Shown piece after piece: positions 1-11,868 of a stretch of DNA of 64,000 nt; position 1 is the first letter of the stretch, and every line of letters begins with the position of its first letter. The notes under the pieces were generated by a model. The model was not told the DNA's origin, ran no database searches, and worked only from the letters and a program-made list of their open reading frames with translations. Position numbers and translations under genes: made by a program. Where the stretch lies: NCBI GenBank assembly GCA_001643675.2, contig LSRY02000003.1, positions 1,984,001-2,048,000 on the forward strand. The letters run 5' to 3'. The stretch comes from Monocercomonoides exilis PA203 (taxonomy: Eukaryota; Protista; Preaxostyla).

Positions 1-951
1 GCTCATCCAGGAATAAGTTGCTGTGCAACACAGCGCAGCACCACCATAGGAAGTTGAAGTTGATGTCAATTTGTTGTTTATGAACTGGCAATCATTAACC
101 AAAAACTGGTTGGGCTTGGTTCCTGGAGGCCAATGAAATGTGAGAGAACCAGCAGAATCACCACCAGAATTTGAGATGCACTTGCATTTGGAAAACAGGA
201 ATTGGCCAGATGCAGACAAGTCATTTAGCAAGAAATACCAGCCAGTTCCGCACCAGTTTGTTATTGAACAACTTTCCACTCTGTTTTCTGAGAATGAATA
301 AACAGAATTTGATTGTGGTAAGCCAACGTAAGCAGCTCCTCCATGAGCAGCTGAACAACTTGTGAAATTGGATTTTGCGATATTCACATTTAACAAATAT
401 ATACAATATAACGCTCCTCCATGATCGCTTGTTGAACAATTGTTGAATGAGCAAGAAGTGATTGTGAGATTTGCATTCGCGCAATTTACATAAAGTGCAC
501 CACCACGACTTGACCCACCAGTTGAATCGTTCCATTCACACCATTCAAAGTGATAGCTATTCAAACTAGAAAAGGACAATCTACTTAAATTCTTTCTTTG
601 AGATTCAGATCCAATATATTCACCAGGATCATTTGATGAAGAACGAGTTTGATGGAGGAAGGATGTGTTGAAGGCAGAGAGGGAAGTGAAGGGGCCATTG
701 AGGTTGGGGAGGATGGTACCATCGATGGGGTTGTGGGTGTGTTTGAAGATGGTTGAGTGGATGGAGAGGGATGAGTGAAGGGAGAAGGAGGGGATTGTAT
801 TGATGTTGATGTTGGTGGAAGAGGAAGAAGAGGAAGAAGTGGTTGAGATGAATGAATTGAGTGAGTGTGAGGGAAGAGATGGAAGAGATGGATGGGATTC
901 GGATGAGGAGATGTTTGAAAAGAGAGTATAGGAAGAGTGAAAAGAGAAATT
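1..951 (-). pseudogene. Variable beta-helix surface-protein cassette 1 (runs off left edge; no in-frame ATG in leader)
   Basis: Minus frame is open from 951 to 1 after a TAA at 954-952. It reads a Ser-rich leader then THNPIDGTILPNLN...FEWCEWNDSTGGSSRGGALYVNC...WCGTGWYFLL...GSLTFHWPP...ALCCTATYSWMS. Not in the ORF track because it has no stop inside the window. Confidence 0.85.
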
Positions 952-3000
952 TTAAAAATTCTTTTGTGTATGTTTGTGTTAAAGAAAATGAAATTGCTCA
1001 AATTGCTTCATTTTTCCTTTGAATTATTCTTTTTGATGAAATGAAATTGACTTGTGTTTTCTGCAATTAAAATGAAAATAAAAAAAAATTATAGAAATGA
1101 ATTTTTGAATCAATAATTAAAATTTCATTTTGTTTCATTTTCGCGTTTTCATCAAAAAGCGAAAAAATCATATTTACAAAAATTTTATATTTCTGGGGAA
1201 ACTGAAAGCGCAAAATTCAACAAGAAATCGAAAAATGTTCAAATGATAATTAATATTCGTTTTTCAGTTTGGACTCTTTTTTGTTCAGTATTTCCAAATT
1301 TTGAATTTTTTTTTAATTTCATTTATTTGTGAAAGAACAACTTCATTAGAATACAACTGGTGAAAGAGAATTGAAGAATGACTTTATTATTTCTTCCAGA
1401 AAAATCATTTCATTTATGACTTTTGATGAAAGAATTTTGCTGTTTATCATTTTGCAAAATTATCTTTGAAATTCATAAAAACACTTCATCTGCAATATTG
1501 ATTGATGTTTGAAATTGTGTTTGCACTGACCAATTAAATAAGTCGTTTTCATTTTGATAAAAACGGAATGTCCATGCTTGCAAACAAAACAAATTATTCA
1601 TTTGAAATTATTAATTTTGTTTTTAATTGATCGTTTATAAAAAGAAAGGAAATGGAAAAACAATGCAAATATTTCAACAATGTGTCAGGCTATTATTGTT
1701 TGAAACTCAAATAAAAAAAAATTTATTTATACTATTATTCATTGTTTCACATGAAATTATTCCTTTCCATTGAGAGGATAAATTTCATTTATATTGATAT
1801 CTCAAACATTTTGTCTTTCAATTTTTCAAAAGAAATATCAAAAGAGTATTTCAACTTTTTTTCCTTTCAAAAAAGAAGTTTAATTAATCTCAAAGAATAT
1901 TCCCATTCTTTGTTTATTCTTCAACTTTTTGTTTAAAATTTGTCACTTCAAACATTCACATTTCCAGAATCAATGTCTGAAAAACAATTGAAGGATAACA
2001 CTGAATTATTGATAATTGAAATGATTTCAAAGATAATCACCCAATATTGAACTGTTGTTATCAACAACAAACAACCTTGACAACGGAGAATATCACTCTT
2101 TTCGTTCAAAAAGAGAAAAAGATTTTGGCCTTCACAATGGATCATTTGAAGAAGAACACACAAAAAATTATTTCAAAAAGCTTCTAACAAGATTAAAAAT
2201 GTGATAATGAATATTTGACCCTGTGACTATATTCGATGAAAAGATGGTTCAGAAAAGGTGATGATAAATATTAATTGAATATTCATGAAATGATAACTGG
2301 AATGAAAATAATTAATTCATATTTTTTTATTCAGTTGAAAAAAATGATTTGGTGGAAATATCTTCGAATAAACTCATATATCAATCAAAACATCACTGGA
2401 TTGTTTCGACAGAAAATTGAGAATCCATTATTTTTGAAAATCCATTGTTCATTGCTTTACAAAAAAAGGATTCAAATAATACAGAATTTAAACGAATAAA
2501 CGAAGAAATTATCAAAATCAGTGAAGTTCTTCAATACCAAAAATTGACATTCAGAATTTCATTATTTTCAGTCAACAACAATGATTTTTAAGAGGAAATA
2601 ATTTTGAATATCAAGTTATTGTGGAGCTTGGCTTTTAATTCGTTTCAAAATGATAAATTAATAATTGTTTATAATAATCAATTTTTCATTTTCTGGTTGC
2701 AAAATAATAATTATTATTAAGGCATTTGAAGAACAAAACAAAAGAAGGCTGTTCACAAATAAAACAGGTGTTTTCGATTGAACAAAAGATTATTCAGAAA
2801 ACAAAACAGATGATAGCTTGACAATAAATGCGGTTAAAATAAAAAACTTTCTATTTCTTTGTTGGAATAGAAAGAATTTCAATTTTAAAAAGATTTGATA
2901 AAATATGAAACAAAAAGAAATTCATATTTGCAATCATAGAAATTTCTTAAAATATTGTTTTGAAAAAATAATTGTAAAACTCAACATTATATGCAAATAA

Positions 3001-4251
3001 ATGCTGAAAATATTCATTTTGATAAAATTTCATATTTTGAAGCAAATTCTCGATATTTTTCAATTGCAAAATTCAATCTCTTTCTCTCCATTCACTTCTC
3101 TCCCTTTCTTCTCTTCACTCAACAGCCCATCCACTTCTCTCTCTGCATTCAATACCTCTTTCCTCCACCAAACTCGATCTTTACCAAATGATCCTGTTGT
3201 ATATGAAGGAAATGAAACTCACAGAAAATCACCTGGAAGGTTGGGTATTTCTGAATTGAACAGTTATCTTTTTGAATGGTGCGAATGGAATTATTCAAAC
3301 AGCGGATCTTCATCTGGTGGTGCACTTTATGTTAACTGTACATATGCTAACCTCACAATAGCATCTTGTTCATTCAATAATTGTTCTTGCACAGGAAATG
3401 GTGAAGGAGGAGCAATATTCTGTCGATACTTGTTGAAAATCAGCATCATAAAATCCAATTTCACAAGTTGCTCGGCTGCACATGCAGGTGCTGCTTTTGT
3501 TGGCTGGCCACAATCCAGTTCTGTCTGGGTATTATCAGAAAACCGAGTGGAAAATTGCGAAATAACAAGTTGGTGTGGAACTGGTTGGGAAATAGTGCTT
3601 GACAATATGTCATCAAACGGTCAATTCCTGTTTTCGAAATGTGTCAGTATTGCTAATACCGGAGGTGATGCAGCTGGTGCAGTCACATTTAATTATCCTC
3701 CACCAGTAATGCCTCTTCAATATTTGCTCAAAGAGTGCCAGTTCATCAACAACAAATTGACAAGCACTTCAACTTCCTATGGTGGTGCTGGTATTCATTG
3801 CACCAGAACATCAAATTGGATGAGTGGAGTAAAATTCATCACATTCTGCTTCTTCGATGGAAACACCGCAACAAATGGAAGGGGAAACGATGTGTTCTTC
3901 AGTGGTAATGCAATCACCCAATCTCCATTTGAAAATTGTGGATCAACAACCCCAACACAAAGAGTGTGGAATGCAGGAACAGCTGACAATGCTGAATATA
4001 ATGGCTGGCTCCCCCTCATCGCCCAGAACAAAATCGTTGCCAGCAATGGAACTGATGCTGATGCCTGTGGCAGACCCCAACAAACCCCATGTGCCACCAT
4101 CGAGTATGCCCTCAACGGCTTCATCTCCCTCCTCTACGACGCCTCCCTCACCCTCCTCTCCTCAACATTTGTTCCAACTCAAACACTCACTTTCAGCGCA
4201 GTTGATACAAAATTTACTGGAAAAGATGTATTTTTTCAGGTTCTCATATAA
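3001..4251 (+). CDS. Variable beta-helix cassette 2 (short form, 416 aa; lacks the NPIDG leader motif)
   Basis: ATG-initiated ORF with FEWCEW, repeated GGAL/GGAI, CGTGW, FITFCFFDGNTATNGRGNDVFF and GTDADACGRPQQTPCATIEYAL. Family homology ends at DTKFTG (~4221). Confidence 0.8.
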   Translation: MLKIFILIKFHILKQILDIFQLQNSISFSPFTSLPFFSSLNSPSTSLSAFNTSFLHQTRSLPNDPVVYEGNETHRKSPGRLGISELNSYLFEWCEWNYSNSGSSSGGALYVNCTYANLTIASCSFNNCSCTGNGEGGAIFCRYLLKISIIKSNFTSCSAAHAGAAFVGWPQSSSVWVLSENRVENCEITSWCGTGWEIVLDNMSSNGQFLFSKCVSIANTGGDAAGAVTFNYPPPVMPLQYLLKECQFINNKLTSTSTSYGGAGIHCTRTSNWMSGVKFITFCFFDGNTATNGRGNDVFFSGNAITQSPFENCGSTTPTQRVWNAGTADNAEYNGWLPLIAQNKIVASNGTDADACGRPQQTPCATIEYALNGFISLLYDASLTLLSSTFVPTQTLTFSAVDTKFTGKDVFFQVLI

Positions 4252-5756
4252 ATTCTTTCATTTTCCATATCATAGAAAAATTCATAAGCTATCATAGCTT
4301 TTTCAATTGGAGTATATATCATCATTATTTTTTTCAGAAATCCATACCATCAACAAGACATAAATTTTTCTTCGTCATTACCTCATCTAATTTTTCTTCT
4401 CCATCAACTACAAATTAAGCTCATGAAAAAAGATTCATTGCTGTCGTATCTTCAAAATACATTTCTTCAAGCATAGCAACAATCTCTTCAAAAATATCTG
4501 TTTCTTTTGTTTCACTGATTCCAACTTGCCTGTTGGCTGTCGAAGCTCTTATCTCATTGAATTGTCCTTCAAATATCGATTTTCCAATAAATCGCTTTAT
4601 CTTTGTTTCATCTTCGATGACTCATTAAAAGTGTATCGCATTGTGAAATCTCTCGAAGATCATCGAAATAATCGTTAATTATAAATGTTGTTTTCTGTCT
4701 TGTTCTTTCTGTTTTCTGTAATTCTTTTAATCTCAAAATAAATAATGTAGATTCGATCTTCATGGGTTGTGCACCAGAGGATCAACTTTTCTTGGCTTAA
4801 TATAGTTCTCTCATTTTCATCCTACTTCAGCTGGCATTCTATGTCAGAATGAACATTTCTTTTGTGTTTCAGAAAAGAAAATAAAAGATAACGCTTGGCC
4901 CTGAATTCGAGGGGAGTTGAATGAATTTGAATAAACATTATTTTTACCGATCATTGAAGAAGGCGTTGAAGAATACGATGAAAATGAAATCAAATAAATT
5001 CGTTCAAATTGCCTTTTTTCATCATTAGAATCGTGAATGAAAAATGAAAAGAAGGACAATTTTGCGATTGATCTGCCGAGCAGAAGAAAAGAGAAGGAAA
5101 TAATTTTCGTTTCAATTTTGTGGAGCTGTATATTGGAGCGTATGAACACAATAGAAGGTCGATAGCCTGATCCTACTCGTTGAAAGTGAAAACGTTATTG
5201 AAGGAGCTGAAGAAGAAGAAAATGACAAAATTGAAGTTGGAGGAGTTTGGGGGAAAGGACAAGACGCAGAAGAAATAACAGAATTTGAAGAAGATGAAGA
5301 AGACGAGAAGATTGAGAGACGAACAATTAGTCAAATAACATTTCCGAAGAAGATGATGAAAATGACTCGTATGATGTTGTCAGTTGGTTAAACGTCACAT
5401 TTGATAAGTTGACTTCGGAAGAAATATAAAAACTTCGATCATAAAAAATATTGGCCAATTCGCATTTATTTGTCAATGAAAACTGATATCCTCAGTTCAT
5501 TGGCAAACTTTGTGTGATTTCATTGCCTTTCTCTCCAAAAACAAAAAATTATGATGTTTGTCTGTTGGCTCTGAAAAAATACAAACGATATAAATATCTG
5601 ATGAAGATATTGACAAAAAAGAAGACGCAGATGAAGAAGCGGCAGAAGAAAAAGAAAACAGAGAAAAATTTGGAGGAAGAGTCAGAATATAATGCAGAAG
5701 AAGATTGTTTTGCTTGTTTTGAGATTGATGGTGACGGATCAGTTGATAAAGACAAA

Positions 5757-6050
5757 GAAGAAGAAGAAGAAGAAGAAGAAGAAGAAGAAGAAGAAGAAGA
5801 AGAAGAAGAAGAAGAAGAAGAAGAAGAAGAAGAAGAAGAAGAAGAAGAAGAAGAAGAAGAAGGAGGAGGAGGAGGAGGAGGAGGAGGAGAAGAAGAAGAA
5901 GAAGAAGAAGAAGAAGAAGAAGAAGGAGGAGGAGGAGGAGGAGGAGGAGAAGAAGAAGAAGAAGAAGAAGAAGAAGAAGAAGAAGAAGGAGGAGGAGGAG
6001 GAGAAGAAGAAGAAGAAGGAGGAGGAGGAGGAGAAGGAGGAGGAGAAGAA
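5757..6050 (+). repeat. Compound (GAA)n/(GGA)n trinucleotide microsatellite
   Basis: About 290 bp of pure purine made of alternating GAA and GGA blocks. Confidence 0.98.
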
Positions 6051-6183
6051 TAAGAATAAGAAGAAAAAGAAGACGAGGAAGAGGAAATAGAAGAATTGGA
6101 AGAAGACGGTGATAATAAATGAATTGATGAGTTGATTGAAGATTGAGAATTGTGACGATTATAAAAATCGAACAACAAAGGAG

Positions 6184-7551
6184 ATGTTCGTAGAAATCGT
6201 TAATTTCTGGTTTTTCAACTCAGAGTTCATCTGGCAAACAAAAACTCTCCAAATATTTTTCGCATTCATCTCAACCATCTTCCTCCACACCCACAACCCC
6301 ATCGATGGTGCCATTCTCCCCAACTTCAACGCCCCTGCCACTTCTCTCTCTGCCTTCAACACCTCTTTTCTTCACCAAACACGTTCTTTGTCAAATGCTC
6401 CTGTTGTGCATGTTGGAACTGAATCTCAAAGAGTGAAACTTAAAAGATTGGATTATTTTGATCTGAACAGTCATCGCTTCGAATGGTGCGAATGGAATGA
6501 TTCTAATAGCGGAAGTGCCTGGGGAGGTGCACTGATAGTTAACTGCACAGACGCAAATCTCACAATAGAATCTTGTTCTTTTCGCAATTGTTCAACGACT
6601 GGGGAAGCAGGAGCGTTATACTGTGGGCAACTATTGAAATTAAACATTGAAAAATCCAACTTCACCAGCTGTCAAGCTATGCATGGAGGAGCAGTCACTT
6701 CTTGGGCTCCTCAATCAAATTCTGATTGGTCATTCTCAGAAAACAGAGTGGAAAATTGTTCAATAACATACTGGTGCGGTACTGGATGGTTCTTTTACAT
6801 TGGTGATTTTTCTTCAAACGGTCAATTCCTGTTTTCCAAATGCAAGTGTATCGCAAATTCTGGTGGAGACTCAACGGGTGCTTTAACATTTCAAAATCCG
6901 CCAAGCAACAAACCTAGTCAGTTTTCAATTAATGAATGTCAGTTCATCAATAATAAATTGACAAGTTCATCGTATTATGGAGGTGCTGCAATTTTCTTCT
7001 ATTCAACTTTTTCCTGGATGAATGGAATGAAATTCATCACATTCTGTTTCTTCGATGGCAACACTGCCACAAATGGCAGGGGAAACGATGTGTTCTTCAG
7101 TGGAAGCAGCATCACCCAATCTCCATTCCAGCAATGTGGCTCAACGACTCCATCAAAAAGAGTGTGGAATCAAGGAACAGCTGAAAACGCTGAATATAAT
7201 GGCTGGCTTCCAATCATCAATCAGAACAAAATCGTTTCTAACAGCGGAACTGATGTCGATGCCTGTGGCAAAACACAGCAAAGCCCATGTGCCACTGTGG
7301 AGTATGCTCTCGGATGCGTTGCTCCCTTCAGCGATGCATCCCTCTCTCTTCTCGTCTCCACTTTCACTCCCACAAACACTCTCACATTCCGTGCCCCAAA
7401 TACAAAAATTTATGAAAATGATGAATTTTTTCTGTTTTCATCAGAATTTCTTCCATTTATTAATTTTGAATATTTTCCATATCAGAGAAATATCCTACAC
7501 CTATCATCTTCTTTTCAATACGAGAACATATCATCGCTTATCTTTCATTGA
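6184..7551 (+). CDS. Variable beta-helix cassette 3 (short form, CGKTQQSPC...GCVAPF C-terminal type)
   Basis: Same framework. The family start context ttcgATGaaatc reads ttcgTAGaaatc here, and the nearest in-frame ATG is 6184. Homology ends at ~7410. Confidence 0.7.
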   Translation: MFVEIVNFWFFNSEFIWQTKTLQIFFAFISTIFLHTHNPIDGAILPNFNAPATSLSAFNTSFLHQTRSLSNAPVVHVGTESQRVKLKRLDYFDLNSHRFEWCEWNDSNSGSAWGGALIVNCTDANLTIESCSFRNCSTTGEAGALYCGQLLKLNIEKSNFTSCQAMHGGAVTSWAPQSNSDWSFSENRVENCSITYWCGTGWFFYIGDFSSNGQFLFSKCKCIANSGGDSTGALTFQNPPSNKPSQFSINECQFINNKLTSSSYYGGAAIFFYSTFSWMNGMKFITFCFFDGNTATNGRGNDVFFSGSSITQSPFQQCGSTTPSKRVWNQGTAENAEYNGWLPIINQNKIVSNSGTDVDACGKTQQSPCATVEYALGCVAPFSDASLSLLVSTFTPTNTLTFRAPNTKIYENDEFFLFSSEFLPFINFEYFPYQRNILHLSSSFQYENISSLIFH

Positions 7552-9171
7552 GCCCAAAATCAGCCCAGATGAAAATATTTCTTCGAAATTTCTTCATCCA
7601 ATTTCTCCTTTTCATCAAATGAAAATTAAGCTCATGAAAAAAGAATAGTCTATTTCTTCTCTTCAACATGCATTTCTTCGATCATATCAGAAAGTTCTTC
7701 AAAAACATTTATTTTCTCAACTTTCCGATTTCAAAATTTTCGTATCAAATAAGAGCAAGAATCTCTATAATTTCTCTTCAAATATGCCTTTTCCTCTCGA
7801 TTCCTTTTCTTCTTCATTTCATTTTCTGCAATTCGCTGTTGCTTCGTAGCTGTGTAATCAGTCGAAGGCTATTTTCAAACTCATTCATTCCAAACAAAAA
7901 TTGCTTTTATACCATTTCCTTTTCACTTCATATGCTTGAGTTTAAAAATAATATAAGTCAGAATTGATTCAGTTGTTGATAACGTGCAAACTTTTCTTTG
8001 CTTTGTGCAGAATCACTTCCGTGGAAATATAACTTCAGTTGATATTTTGTGAAAGAATGAATAATCATTTGTGCTTCTGAACGAAATGAAAGATGATGCT
8101 TGGCCCTGGATTTAACGGGAGTTGAATGAAACGTAAAAATCAACATTATTTTTGTAGATCATCGAAGAAGGAGTTGAAGAAGAAGTTGATTTGAATGAAA
8201 TGAATGAATTTGTTTAAATCGCCTTTTTTCATCAAGAGAATCGTGAATGAAAAATGAAATGAAAGCATTATTGGTGAACGTTCGTTGAGAGGAAGAAAAG
8301 TGAATGAAATAATTGTTAGTTCAATTTGTCTGCGATTCCATTTGCACAGCTTAAATGCAACAGAAGGTCGATGATCTGATCCAATGCAAAGTTAGTGAAT
8401 ATGGCATTGAAGATGTTGGAGATATGGTAAAGATTGCACAGTCTGTGGGAAATGACTAGACGCAGAAGAATTTGAAGAATTTGAAGAAGATGAAGAAGAC
8501 GAGATGAATGAGAGATGAACAATCAGTCAAATAACATTTCTGAAGAAGATGATGAAAATGACTCGTATGATGTTGTCAGTTGGTTAAACGTCACATTTGA
8601 TAAGTTGATTTCAGAAGGAATATAAAACCCCAATCACAAATAAAATTGGCCAATTCGCATTAACTTGTCAATGAAAACTGATATCCTCAGCTCATTTCCC
8701 AACTTTGAGTGGTTTCATTGTCTTTCTCTTCAAAAACAAAAAATAATGATGTTTGAATACTGGCTCTGAAAATACAAAAGGTATCAAAAGAAGATGAATA
8801 CGAAGATGAAGAGGAAAAGGAAGAAGTTGAATAAGGTGAAGAATATGTTGCAGAAGAAGATTGTTTTGCTTGTTTTGACGTTGATGGTGATAAATCAGAC
8901 GATAAAGAAGAAGAAAATGAAGATAATGAAAAAGGAGGGGAAGGAGAAGGAGAAGGAGTGTTGTGTGCAGAATATCTCTGTCGGAGAAATAGAAGCTTAG
9001 GGATTGCATTTCTCCGAATGAGAATGTTCTCATTGGTTTATTTTAGAATTCATAGGAAGAAGAAGAAAAATTGGAAGAAGAAGAAGGTGATGATAATGAA
9101 TGAATTGATGAGTTGATTGAAGGCTGAGATTTGAGAAAATGTATAATTACAAATAAAATCTGAGTGTTTCG

Positions 9172-11526
9172 ATGAAATTTCTATTTTTTCTCTTCTTTTC
9201 TTTTGTTTTCTTTTGACAAATAAGATCCTCCACCTTATCCTTCTATATCCGCTCATCCATCTTCCTCCACGCTCACAACCCCATCGATGGAACCATCCTC
9301 CCCAACCTCAACAGCATATTCACTTCTCTCTCTGCCTTCAACGCTTCTTTCCTCCACCAAACACGTTCTTCATCAAATGGCCCTATTGTGCATGTTGGAA
9401 ATGAAACCAACAGAAAGAAACCTGGAAGATTGTTTGATTTTGATCTAAACAGCCATCGCTTTGAGTGGTGCGAATGGAAAGATTCAAATGGAGGAAACGA
9501 TCATGGAGGCGCACTTAAAGTTAGTTGCACAAATGCAAATCTCACAATCGCTTCTTGCTCATTTCACAATTGTTCAACCACAGGTAATTATAATGGCGGA
9601 GCATTGTATTGTAATCGTTCGTTGAAGTTAATTATCATCCAATCCAATTTTACAAGTTGCTCTGCATTACATGGAGGAGCTGCAGAAATAATATATCCTC
9701 AAACAAATTCTGTTTGGTTATTCTCAGAAAATAGAGTGGAAAGTTGTTCAATATCTGGCTGGTGTGGAACTGGTTGGTATTTTGCTCTAAATAATAATCA
9801 GTTAAATTTTCAATTTCTGTTTTCCAAATGCAAGTGCATCTCAAATTCTGGTGGTGATGCTGCTGGTTCTTTGACATTTGCAAATCCACCAATTAATAAA
9901 CCAGAGAAATTTTTGGTTGATGATTGCCAATTTATTAACAACGAATTGACTGCTTCTTCCACATATGGCGGCGCTGCAATTTTCTTCTATTCAACTTATT
10001 CCTGGATGAATGGAATAAAATTCATCACATTCTGCTTCTTCGATGGCAACACTGCCAAAAATGGCAGGGGCAATGATGTGTTTTTCAGTGGAAGCAGTAT
10101 CACCCAATCTCCATTTGAGAATTGTGGATCAACAACCCTATCGAAAAGAGTGTTTAATAATGGAACAGCAGACAATGAAACTTTCAATGGCTGGCTCCCC
10201 CTCATTGCCCAGAATAAAATTGTTGCCAGCAATGGAACTGATGCTGATGTCTGTGGCAGACCCCAACAGACCCCATGTGCCACCATCGAGTATGCCCTCA
10301 CCGGCTTCATTTCCCTCCTCCAAGACGCCTCTCTCACCCTCCTCACCTCAACATTTGTTCCTATTCAAACACTCACTTTCAGCGCAGTTGATACAAAAAT
10401 CACTGGAAATGGCACAACTGCCACCACCATCGCCTCCAGTGGCATTCCCCAACCACAAAACTCACATTCACACTCATCACAATCAACATCATCTCTTTCC
10501 TCATTTTCATCATTTTCATCTGCATCTTCTTCACCAGATCCATCTGCCTCGTCTGCCCTCTTCCAACAGACCCAGGGCTCCCTCACAGTCTCTGCTCTCG
10601 CCATCGCCCACAACTCCTCAAACCCCATCACCCCCATCCTCTTCCACCTCTCCGGTAACTCCCCTTCCCTCAACCTCAACACAACCACCATCACCGGAAC
10701 AACCTCCATAACAATCAAAACACCCCTCTTCTTCCTCACTGCTGGCTCCCTCGCCCTCAACCACACAGCAATCACTCATCTCACCCTCTACAGCCAAAGC
10801 ATCTTCCACCTCACCTCCCTCACCGCTCCCCTCACCCTCAACTCCTCCAACATCACCGGCATCACCTCCACAGCAACTCCCATCAGCTGTGTCCTCTCCT
10901 CTGCCACCTCCCCTGCCCTCTCCCTCTCCCTCGCCAACTGCACCATCACCAACATCGACTCAGCTCCACAAAACCAACAGACTGCCACCAATGGCGGGTG
11001 CATCTCATTCGCCTCATCTTCCACTGCCAACACATTTTCTGTGAGGAACTCCACCTTCTCCAGCTGCTCTGTGAGCGAGGATACAAGTTCTGGAGGAAAA
11101 GGCGGCGCTCTCATGGTTGAGTTCAATGAAGGCTCACAAGTGTCATCCACAACCTTTTCCATCACCAATATCGTGTTTTCAGCCAACAAGGCCAGTGTCG
11201 GAAGAGATATGTATTTTGTGTGTGAATCATTTGTCGCTTCTGTGAAAGAGCCCTTGTTCGCCTTCATGAGAAGCATCACTCAGAAAGACAACTCGGCTGT
11301 TGGACATGACAGAACAGAAGCATTCGGTGATTGGAATGTCGATTTGTTTATATTTCTCAACGGGCGTACAGCTGACAATGAATGCGTGGATGGTCATCTT
11401 GGCATCAAAGCAATGAATTGCTGGCTATCAAAGATGCCCTTCAAAAGCACACAAAATGCGATGGGTTTTCTGAAGAAGGTGCAGATCATAAGGCAGAAAT
11501 CATTTCATCAGCTGACTTGTCGGTGA
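9172..11526 (+). pseudogene. Variable beta-helix protein copy 4, LONG form, with in-frame TGA in the signal peptide
   Basis: ATG 9172 gives MKFLFFLFFSFVFF*QIRSS...HAHNPIDG, with TGA at 9214-9216 where copy 9 has TTA (Leu). The frame continues into the 712-aa ORF, which extends past KITGN into a Ser/Thr-rich beta-helical region and NKASVGRDMYFVC. Confidence 0.8.
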
Positions 11527-11868
11527 ATTTATGTGCAAATGAAGGCAAAGTCGAAGAAAGTTGGGGAGATGGCACACAAAATTGAAGAAAACATCTCATA
11601 TGTGCATTTGATGAAATCAACATTGCTTGTCGGGCATTTATTCTCTTCTTTCATAGAATTATCCATTAAATATGCCTTTTCAAATAAATATGTTTCCCTC
11701 ATCGTTTCATCTTCTCCGACATATTGAAGGCGTGTGACGTTGTGTAACCTGCCGAACGCTATTTTTGAGCTCATTCATTTCATAAAAGAATTGCTCTAAT
11801 ACTCTTTCTTTTTTATCTGCGCCTCTTTCAGCTTCCAAATAAAAAAAGGCAAAATCGTCCTCCTTTTT
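11476..11868 (+). repeat. Identical ~390 bp direct repeat at the 3' end of both long copies (partner 53264-53656)
   Basis: Offset 41788; identical ORF translations 11529-11774 and 53317-53562. Confidence 0.92.

Noticed and set aside
4216-4235. Splice donor at the common cassette breakpoint joining to a constant exon
   Set aside because: GTATTT occurs in copies 2, 6 and 11 but not in 3, 7, 8, 9 or 14, and no constant exon is visible downstream.
3795-4297. Recurrent antisense and alternate-frame ORFs (MREASWRREMKP..., MATLPQM...)
   Set aside because: These are shadows of the conserved C-rich cassette frame, and their lengths and stops vary among copies.
5514-6178. Poly-E/G, poly-K and poly-S/P ORFs
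   Set aside because: They are translations of the GAA/GGA microsatellite. The same applies to 18448-19053 and 18719-19018.
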